DNA of 10,832 nucleotides from an uncultured Erysipelotrichaceae bacterium (GTDB lineage Bacteria > Bacillota_I > Bacilli_A > Erysipelotrichales > Erysipelotrichaceae), in NCBI GenBank assembly GCA_964457525.1, contig CAYWGS010000051.1, positions 1 to 10,832 of the forward strand, written 5' to 3'. The position numbers and the translations under genes were made by a program. This document shows positions 5,072 to 10,832 of this stretch, piece after piece. Positions within the stretch are counted from its first letter, which is position 1, and each line of letters starts with the position of its first letter. A model generated the notes under the pieces. It was not told the DNA's origin and searched no databases. It was given only the letters and a program-made list of their open reading frames with translations.

Positions 5072-7151
5072 ATTCGTCTTCATCATCATCTAAGTTACGA
5101 GCCGCATGTGCTATAACTTTATCAGCGATTGGTTGAGGCGCTATTTCATAACGATCAAATCGTTGAGTATAAGTACCGATACCTTGAGTAAAGGATCTTA
5201 ACTCTGTTGAATAACGCATTACTTCAGACATAGGGACTTCTGCGGAGACGACTTGTTCACCTTCTTCATTGAGATCCATACCTAGAATCAAACCACGACG
5301 TTTATTGAAATCACCAATAATTGTACCAGTAAATTCTTCTGGCGCAACAACATCTAGTCGAACAATTGGTTCAAGTAGTACTGGTTTCGCTTGTGGCATA
5401 CCTGCTTTATAAGCAAGCTTAGCAGCCATTTTAAATGCAATTTCCTTGGAATCAACTTCATGATATTTACCATCAACTAAAGTCGCCTTAACACCAACGA
5501 CACGATAGCCAGCTAATACCCCTTTGTTCATCGCTTCTCTTAAACCAGCTTCAACTGCAGGGAAGTATTGTCGAGGAACTGCTCCACCGAATACTTTTTC
5601 TTCAAACACCATATCAAGTGAATCACATGGTTCAAAGGTAATGAATACATCCCCGAATTGTCCAGCACCACCCGATTGTTTCTTATGTTTACCTTCAACA
5701 GTAACGGTAGAACGAATGGTTTCACGATATGGAATACGCGGTTCTTTTAAATCTACATCTACTTTGTATTTAGTTTTAAGTTTATTGACAACTACATCAA
5801 GGTGCTGATCACCAAGACCATAAACAACGAGTTCATTAGTCTCAGTATTTTTAACCATCTTGAAGGATGGATCTTCTTCTTCAACACGTTGTAGTGAAGT
5901 ACTCATTTTATCTTCATCTAGTTTACTCTTTGGCCAAATACTCATCGCCAATAAACCTTCTGGGAATACAATTGGTTGATGTGTCACTAACTTAGCTTTT
6001 GTCGCTAATGTATCGTTGGTTTGAGTGTATTGTAATTTAACGATTGCGCCTAAATCACCTGTAAATAACTTACCAACAGCGAGTTGATGTTTACCCTTAA
6101 TAACAAATACTTGACTTACTTTTTCAGCTTTATCTTTTTGAACATTATAGACTTGAGTATCACTCGTTAAAGTACCACTCATTACTTTGATAAAGGAAAT
6201 CCTTCCTACAAATGGGTCAATAATTGTCTTATATACTAGCGCACTGAACGCTTCTGATTCATCTGTACGTAACGATACTATCTCACCATTCGTATCTTTT
6301 GCTTCTACAGTACCAAGTTCACCATAGGATGGGAAATATTCCCCAATTAAGTCCATAAGTCTTTCGATACCTAACATCTTAATTGCACTACCCGCATAAA
6401 CAGGTCTAATTTCACCAGAACGAACACCAAGTCTTACACCTTGAATGAGTTCCGCTTCAGTGAACACTTCACCTGAGAAGAATTTTTCCATCAATTCATC
6501 ACATGTCATCGCAATCGATTCACTGATTTGAGCTAAGTAATCATCTACAACCGGTTTTAACTCAGCTGGAACTTCCTTCGCATTTTCACGATCATTTAAA
6601 TACCATGCTTTGTTACGTAAGATATTTACAGATCCAACGATATTCCCATTTTCTACAATTGGTATTTCAAATGGAATAATTGTTTTTCCAAATTTCTCTC
6701 TTAATTGTGTATAGACTTTATCGAAGCTTGTATTTTCTTCATCTAATTTATTAATGAAGAAGATGGTAGGAATCTTACGTTTAGACACTTGTTTAAACGC
6801 TCTTAATGTACCGGTTTGAATACCGTCTTTACCATCTACTACAATAAGCGCATTATCCGCAACGGCTAACCCAGACTCTAATTCTTGTGCATAGTCGAAG
6901 TATCCTGGAGTATCGATAAAATTAATCTTATGATCCTTCCATTCAATTGGGGCAACAGATGTAAATATGGATAATCCACGTTTTACTTCTTCAGCATCAT
7001 AATCTAAAACAGACGTCCCATCGAGGGTTTTACCCATACGATCGGTTGCTTTGGTAAAGTAGAGCATCGATTCAACAATCGTCGTTTTACCGGAACCAGA
7101 GTGTCCAAGTAAACAAATATTCTTCACTTCATTCGCTGCATAATCTTTCAT
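5070..7151 (-). CDS. Elongation factor G paralogue (EF-G II / EF-G-2 type translational GTPase)
   Basis: 693 aa with full five-domain EF-G collinearity. Motifs seen: G1 GHSGSGKT, switch I RGLSI, G3 DTPGY, G4 NKLD, KKQSGGAGQFGDV, and the domain IV block DGKYHEVDSKEIAFKMAA. It is not in an rpsL-rpsG-fusA-tuf context. AGGGGA SD upstream. Confidence 0.9.
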   Translation of the reverse strand: MKDYAANEVKNICLLGHSGSGKTTIVESMLYFTKATDRMGKTLDGTSVLDYDAEEVKRGLSIFTSVAPIEWKDHKINFIDTPGYFDYAQELESGLAVADNALIVVDGKDGIQTGTLRAFKQVSKRKIPTIFFINKLDEENTSFDKVYTQLREKFGKTIIPFEIPIVENGNIVGSVNILRNKAWYLNDRENAKEVPAELKPVVDDYLAQISESIAMTCDELMEKFFSGEVFTEAELIQGVRLGVRSGEIRPVYAGSAIKMLGIERLMDLIGEYFPSYGELGTVEAKDTNGEIVSLRTDESEAFSALVYKTIIDPFVGRISFIKVMSGTLTSDTQVYNVQKDKAEKVSQVFVIKGKHQLAVGKLFTGDLGAIVKLQYTQTNDTLATKAKLVTHQPIVFPEGLLAMSIWPKSKLDEDKMSTSLQRVEEEDPSFKMVKNTETNELVVYGLGDQHLDVVVNKLKTKYKVDVDLKEPRIPYRETIRSTVTVEGKHKKQSGGAGQFGDVFITFEPCDSLDMVFEEKVFGGAVPRQYFPAVEAGLREAMNKGVLAGYRVVGVKATLVDGKYHEVDSKEIAFKMAAKLAYKAGMPQAKPVLLEPIVRLDVVAPEEFTGTIIGDFNKRRGLILGMDLNEEGEQVVSAEVPMSEVMRYSTELRSFTQGIGTYTQRFDRYEIAPQPIADKVIAHAARNLDDDEDE

Positions 7152-7163
7152 GACATAATTCCC

Positions 7164-7832
7164 CTATTTCAGTAACGGTTTAAGTTCCGTTAAACAATCA
7201 GTTCTAACATAATGAATTGCTTTATTACCTTCGGAATCAATAAGCTCTTTATTTGCACCATGATCAAGTAGGTATTGAACAAGCTCTGCATAACCACTGT
7301 AAGCAGCACGCATTAGAGCTGTGCAACCATTCTTGTCTTGTTCATTAATTTCAACGTTCTTATCGACCAATAGTTTAATAACATCGTATCTAAATGCTAA
7401 GCACGCTTCCATTAATACTGTACGACCCATTTCGTCTTTCGCGTTTACGTTTGCACCTTTTTTAAGAATTAAATCCACCACTTCATTGTGTCCTAAGAAC
7501 CCAGCACGCATTAATGCTGTACGGCCCTTAATGTCTTGAACATTCACATCAGCACCAGCATCCACTAACATCTTCACGATTTCGAAATGACCTTTTTTAG
7601 CAGCACCCATAAGTGCTGTCTTACCATTGTTGTCTTTCGCATTCACATCTGCACCGTGATCAATTAGATAACGCACGATTTTTTCATGCCCACGTTTTGC
7701 GGTGCGCATTAAAGCAGTTCTTGCTTCCGCATTACGAACATTGACGTCCGCTCCTTGGTTTAGTGCTGCGACGACTTTTTGAAAGTCACCACTTGCAGCC
7801 GCTTCCCAGAATAATTGATTTGTTTGATCCAT
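7164..7832 (-). CDS. Ankyrin-repeat protein (six 33-aa ANK modules), cytoplasmic
   Basis: The ORF track starts at TTG 7856, which has no SD. ATG 7832 is preceded by AAGGAGG with a 7-nt spacing. The repeat pattern G.TALM.A...GH.E.V..L...GADVNA.D recurs every 33 residues. There is no signal peptide or TM segment. Confidence 0.9.
   Translation of the reverse strand: MDQTNQLFWEAAASGDFQKVVAALNQGADVNVRNAEARTALMRTAKRGHEKIVRYLIDHGADVNAKDNNGKTALMGAAKKGHFEIVKMLVDAGADVNVQDIKGRTALMRAGFLGHNEVVDLILKKGANVNAKDEMGRTVLMEACLAFRYDVIKLLVDKNVEINEQDKNGCTALMRAAYSGYAELVQYLLDHGANKELIDSEGNKAIHYVRTDCLTELKPLLK
7182..7820 (-). repeat. Tandem 99-nt (33-codon) ankyrin modules within the ANK gene
   Basis: Protein-level periodicity: the T of TALM/TVLM falls at track residues 47, 80, 113, 146 and 179, with a degenerate cap at about 212. 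The DNA copies are diverged. Confidence 0.7.
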
Positions 7833-7862
7833 ATTGGTTCCTCCTTGGTTCTTCAAACAAAG

Positions 7863-7896
7863 AAAATAAAAAAGATGGACACACGTGACCCATCTT
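7863..7896 (-). terminator. Intrinsic terminator between the leader ORF and the ANK/EF-G-like operon (attenuator candidate)
   Basis: Minus strand: ttttTAAGATGGgtcacgtgtgtCCATCTTTTTTATTTTc. The stem AAGATGG (7896..7890) / CCATCTT (7878..7872) can gain two G-U pairs and is followed by TTTTTTATTTT. On the plus strand it is followed by an A-run, so it is minus-specific. Confidence 0.65.
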
Positions 7897-7990
7897 AAAA
7901 ATCATTCATAAAGCATTCACAGCCTAAGACATCAACCTCGGTTGTTTGATTGTCTTGAGTGACAAGAAAAACAATTTCTACCCTTGTCAT
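7895..7990 (-). CDS. 31-codon leader ORF (MTRVEIVFLVTQDNQTTEVDVLGCECFMNDF), putative regulatory leader peptide
   Basis: It is too short to appear in the ORF track. An AAAGAGGTG SD (8005..7997) lies 6 nt upstream of ATG 7990. The TAA stop (7897..7895) overlaps the first bases of the terminator 5' arm. The ORF lies between a promoter-like element and the terminator. Confidence 0.45.
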   Translation of the reverse strand: MTRVEIVFLVTQDNQTTEVDVLGCECFMNDF

Positions 7991-8022
7991 TATGAACACC
8001 TCTTTCCAAACTTTATAACTCC

Positions 8023-8050
8023 ATTGTAACCAATTTATTTTTTATTGCAA
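8023..8050 (-). promoter_or_regulatory. Putative sigma-A promoter for the leader/ANK/EF-G-like transcript
   Basis: Minus strand: TTGCAA (8050..8045), a 16-nt AT-rich spacer, then TACAAT (8028..8023). The predicted start near 8016 gives a leader of about 184 nt. Confidence 0.5.
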
Positions 8051-8070
8051 GCGTATACACTGAAAACTTT

Positions 8071-9009
8071 TTATTGCTTTGTTTCAGGATAAACATACTC
8101 CGCAAACTCAATATATTCTTCTGCTGTTAAGGTCTGATCTGTACTTTCATCAAACTGATGTTTACCATCTTGAAGGAATTGTTTTTTATCCAAAAGATAA
8201 TAAGAATATAGAACTCTTCCATCTCGATCAGGAATTGGATCATTGAATGTCGTGTCAATAAACTTCCAGTTTAAACCATCATAAACCAGATTCCATGCAT
8301 GAAACATACTGATTGAAGAAACCATTAGTGATGGAATATCTGCATCATGCGCCATTACATTAAAGGCTCTTGAGTATCCACTACATACCGCTGTATTGTA
8401 ATCAAAAACTCCTACAGCTGAAAAGGAAGGATGTTTGACAGATGCATTTAAAACAATTTCTAAAACACTTGTATCATATTCTGTATTAAGAACTATTTTA
8501 TCGTGTATTGACTTAATCTTCTCACGGATTCCCATATCTGTCGTGATGATAGAATCGTTCCATTCACTAGCACTATTAAAAATACGCTTATAGTCTGTAT
8601 CGTTAGGCTTGATTTCCAACGAATACAATGTCATCAAGACCACATCTTTTCGCGAGTAAGGAATTTCAGTAATCACGATATTAAACGTATATGGGATAAC
8701 ACTCTCGATATATGAAAATGTTCGATCAATCGATATTTCGTTATCACTCACATAATAGACTTTTAGTTGATCTTCTCTTTCTTGTAGAATCGATAATAGA
8801 GCGAGTTCTTTTTCATTTTCGATTCGATAAACTTCATCTTCATCGACATAACTTGGTAATCCAGCGAGTATAAATTGTCTATTTTCACCCGATATTCCTT
8901 TTATGATGATTGATTCATCCACTTCAGGACGCGAAGAAAAAATCGAACATGCGCCTAATTGAAGAATTATTAGTAAAATAAGTATCCGTTTTGTATAGTT
9001 TATCATCAT
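8071..9009 (-). CDS. Transglutaminase-like (Cys-His-Asp) lipoprotein, putative cysteine peptidase
   Basis: 312 aa. The signal peptide has lipobox LGAC (MMINYTKRILILLIILQLGAC). The C-terminal half carries the transglutaminase-core signature: AVCSGYSRAF (Cys), FHAWNLV (His), and WKFIDTT (Asp). The N-terminal ~190 aa match nothing I recognise. Confidence 0.75.
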   Translation of the reverse strand: MMINYTKRILILLIILQLGACSIFSSRPEVDESIIIKGISGENRQFILAGLPSYVDEDEVYRIENEKELALLSILQEREDQLKVYYVSDNEISIDRTFSYIESVIPYTFNIVITEIPYSRKDVVLMTLYSLEIKPNDTDYKRIFNSASEWNDSIITTDMGIREKIKSIHDKIVLNTEYDTSVLEIVLNASVKHPSFSAVGVFDYNTAVCSGYSRAFNVMAHDADIPSLMVSSISMFHAWNLVYDGLNWKFIDTTFNDPIPDRDGRVLYSYYLLDKKQFLQDGKHQFDESTDQTLTAEEYIEFAEYVYPETKQ

Positions 9010-9013
9010 TGTG

Positions 9014-9022
9014 ATTATACCA
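9014..9022 (-). promoter_or_regulatory. Extended -10 promoter (TGG-TATAAT) abutting the start codon of the transglutaminase-like gene
   Basis: Minus strand reads catGGTATAATcacaATGATGata. Only 4 nt separate the -10 from the first ATG (7 nt from the second), and no SD is present. Confidence 0.4.
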
Positions 9023-9078
9023 TGTCATGCTTTTATTTTGCGGTTTCACGCGTTAAAATAGAACAAGAGGTAATTATC

Positions 9079-10773
9079 ATGAAATTTAATGAATATGTCT
9101 ATCAAAGACCCGATTATGATACGGTCAAAACAGAGTATTTAGATTTACTTGACGGATTCAAGAACTCAGTCGATGGAGCTGAACAAAGAGCTTTTTTTAA
9201 GAAGATTAATCAACTAAGACTAAAAATTGAATCGATGTCTACATTATCGAGCATTCGCCACTCAATCAATACTCAAGATCCTTTCTATGAAACAGAAAAT
9301 GAATATTGGGATAATCAAGGTCCGTTGTACGCTGAATTAAATAATCAATTTTATCAAGCTGTACTTAGTTCTGAGTTCTTAGAGGATTTAAAGGATGTTT
9401 ATCCGATTACATTCTTTCAATTAGCTGAGAATGCACTTAAAACATTTAAACCAGAAATCATTGAATTACTACAGGAAGAAAACAAGTTAGTTTCTGAGTA
9501 CTATAAGCTCATGGCAAGTGCTCAAATTGAGTTTGATGGTGGTGTTTATACCTTAAGTCAAATGACCCCATTTACTCAAAATCCTAATCGTGATACACGT
9601 AAACGCGCTTTTGAAGCACGTACATCTTTCTTAATTCAAAACGAAGCTAATCTTGATAAGATTTATGATGATCTTGTAAAAGTAAGAACTAAGATTGCGC
9701 ATGAACTCGGGTTTGAAAATTACATTCCTTTAGGCTATTTAAGAATGAATCGCCTAGATTATGATGCTAAGATGGTTGCGTTCTATCGTGAACAAGTACT
9801 TGAATATGTTGTTCCGCTTGCACAAAAACTCTATAAGAAACAAGCTTCTCGCTTAGACTTAGATAAACTTGCTTATTATGATATTAACTTTGACTTCAAG
9901 TCAGGTAATCCTACACCTAAGGCAAGTCCAGAAGAAATGGTACAAATCGCAAAAGAAATGTATCACGAACTAAGTCCTGAAACAGGCGAGTTCTTTGATT
10001 TCATGGTTGAACATGATCTTCTTGACTTAGAATCTAAGAAAGGTAAACAAGGCGGAGGATATTGTACCTATATCCCTGAGTATTCTTCTCCATTCATCTT
10101 CTCAAATTTTAATGCGACTGCAGGTGACGTTGAAGTTCTAACGCATGAAGCTGGACATGCATTCCAAGTCTATCAATCAAGATGGGTTGATGTTCCTGAA
10201 TGTGCATTCCCAACTTATGAAAGTTGTGAAATACACTCAATAAGTATGGAGTATCTCACATGGCCATGGATGGATCGTTTCTTCAAAGAAGATACGGATA
10301 AATTCAAATATGCACACATGTCAGATAATGTTAAGTTCTTACCGTATGGTGTATCCGTTGACCATTTCCAACATGAAGTATACGCTAATCCAAATATGAC
10401 TCCTGATGAAAGAAAAGCAATCTGGAGAAAACTTGAAAAGATGTATGTTCCACACAAAGACTATACAGAAAATGAATTCTTAGATAAGGGAACATTCTGG
10501 TATAATCAAGGTCATATTTTCTCCACACCGTTCTATTACATTGACTATACCTTAGCAGGTGTATGTGCAATGCAGTTCTGGAAACGTGCAGCTCAAAATG
10601 ATCCAAATACATTTAAAGATTACTTAAAAATCTGTAATATCGGAGGTACAAAATCATTTGTTAACATCGTTAAAGATGCGAACTTAATTTCACCTTTCGA
10701 AAAGGAATGTATTCCTTCTATTATTAAAGATGTCGAAGAATTCCTATATTCAATCGACGATACTAAACTATAA
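9079..10773 (+). CDS. M3-family oligoendopeptidase (PepF-like, M3B zinc metallopeptidase)
   Basis: The ORF track starts at 9022, but ATG 9079 follows an AGAGG SD by 8 nt and gives the family-typical N-terminus MKFNEYVYQRPDY. The zinc site is THEAGHAF (HEXXH) with a downstream Glu in SCEIHS. The product is about 564 aa. Confidence 0.88.
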   Translation: MKFNEYVYQRPDYDTVKTEYLDLLDGFKNSVDGAEQRAFFKKINQLRLKIESMSTLSSIRHSINTQDPFYETENEYWDNQGPLYAELNNQFYQAVLSSEFLEDLKDVYPITFFQLAENALKTFKPEIIELLQEENKLVSEYYKLMASAQIEFDGGVYTLSQMTPFTQNPNRDTRKRAFEARTSFLIQNEANLDKIYDDLVKVRTKIAHELGFENYIPLGYLRMNRLDYDAKMVAFYREQVLEYVVPLAQKLYKKQASRLDLDKLAYYDINFDFKSGNPTPKASPEEMVQIAKEMYHELSPETGEFFDFMVEHDLLDLESKKGKQGGGYCTYIPEYSSPFIFSNFNATAGDVEVLTHEAGHAFQVYQSRWVDVPECAFPTYESCEIHSISMEYLTWPWMDRFFKEDTDKFKYAHMSDNVKFLPYGVSVDHFQHEVYANPNMTPDERKAIWRKLEKMYVPHKDYTENEFLDKGTFWYNQGHIFSTPFYYIDYTLAGVCAMQFWKRAAQNDPNTFKDYLKICNIGGTKSFVNIVKDANLISPFEKECIPSIIKDVEEFLYSIDDTKL

Positions 10774-10832
10774 GAATAATAGAGGCTGTAACGAAATAGA
10801 ATAATTAATTCGTTGAAAAAACAATTAATCAT

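Noticed and set aside
5524-5808. 94-aa plus-strand ORF and 61-aa minus-strand alternative-frame ORF (5540..5725) inside the EF-G-like gene
   Set aside because: Both are nested in a 693-aa CDS whose frame is confirmed by EF-G motifs along its whole length. Neither has initiation signals.
5070-7151. EF-G-like protein as a Tet(M)/Tet(O)-type tetracycline ribosomal protection protein
   Set aside because: It is 693 aa long and has a GHSGSGKT / DTPGY motif set. That differs from the AHVDAGKT / DTPGH pattern I recall for ribosomal protection proteins and resembles EF-G II-type paralogues instead. A protective role is not excluded, but it cannot be claimed from the sequence alone.
7321-7539. 72-aa plus-strand ORF inside the ankyrin gene
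   Set aside because: It is the antisense reading of the repetitive ANK codons, Ser/Leu/Thr-rich and without an SD. It is a shadow ORF.
7182-7820. 99-nt periodicity that could be mistaken for a CRISPR-like or tandem DNA repeat array
   Set aside because: The periodicity is at the protein level (33-aa ankyrin modules in one continuous ORF). The nucleotide copies are diverged and contiguous, with no repeat-spacer organisation.
7872-7896. Reading the 7872..7896 hairpin as a plus-strand terminator, or its CACGTG loop palindrome as a regulator site
   Set aside because: On the plus strand the stem is followed by an A-run rather than a T-run, and no plus-strand gene ends nearby. The 6-bp palindrome sits in the loop of an obvious RNA hairpin and needs no separate explanation.
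10786-10815. Possible terminator after the M3 peptidase gene (AACGAA...TTCGTT)
   Set aside because: The stem is only 6 bp and AT-rich, the loop is 14 nt, and an A-run rather than a T-tract follows. The real terminator may lie beyond the window.
10215-10832. Three minus-strand ORFs (10215..10457, 10385..10612, 10620..10832) opposite the M3 peptidase gene
   Set aside because: All overlap the HEXXH-confirmed peptidase frame on the other strand. The last one merely begins at the window edge. None has a recognisable domain or an SD.

Overview
This is a densely coding, low-GC chromosomal segment that looks Bacillota-like; the organism cannot be identified from the sequence alone. I support 12 protein genes plus one 31-codon leader ORF that is absent from the ORF track. 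Family assignments rest on motifs I recognise, not on database searches.

From left to right:
- A strong promoter fires out of the left edge.
- Next is an ntdP-like DUF402 phosphatase (-).
- thiT (-) follows, preceded by a textbook TPP riboswitch.
- A divergent msrC-like GAF protein (+) ends in a bidirectional terminator.
- A long minus-strand string follows. Read 5'->3' it is: promoter, leader ORF plus terminator, six-repeat ankyrin protein, EF-G II-type paralogue, terminator, PsuK-like PfkB kinase, YutG/PgpA-like protein, CxxC thioredoxin-like lipoprotein, AAC(3)-family acetyltransferase, Ogt.
- On the right, a transglutaminase-like lipoprotein (-) diverges from an M3 oligoendopeptidase (+).

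I saw no rRNA, tRNA, CRISPR array, transposase, integrase or phage genes.

The best candidate for something undescribed is the module at about 5046..8050. A sigma-A-like promoter drives a short SD-preceded ORF whose stop codon abuts an intrinsic terminator, which is the architecture of a ribosome-sensing attenuator. Downstream lie a cytoplasmic ankyrin-repeat protein and, 12 nt later, an EF-G paralogue with Tyr in place of the catalytic His.

Secondary observations:
- The attenuator terminator is a near copy of the terminator that closes the same gene string 6 kb downstream.
- That closing terminator is translated on both strands, so two unrelated proteins both end in KRWD.
- One gene is a candidate for a leaderless mRNA.
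- Several gene junctions overlap.
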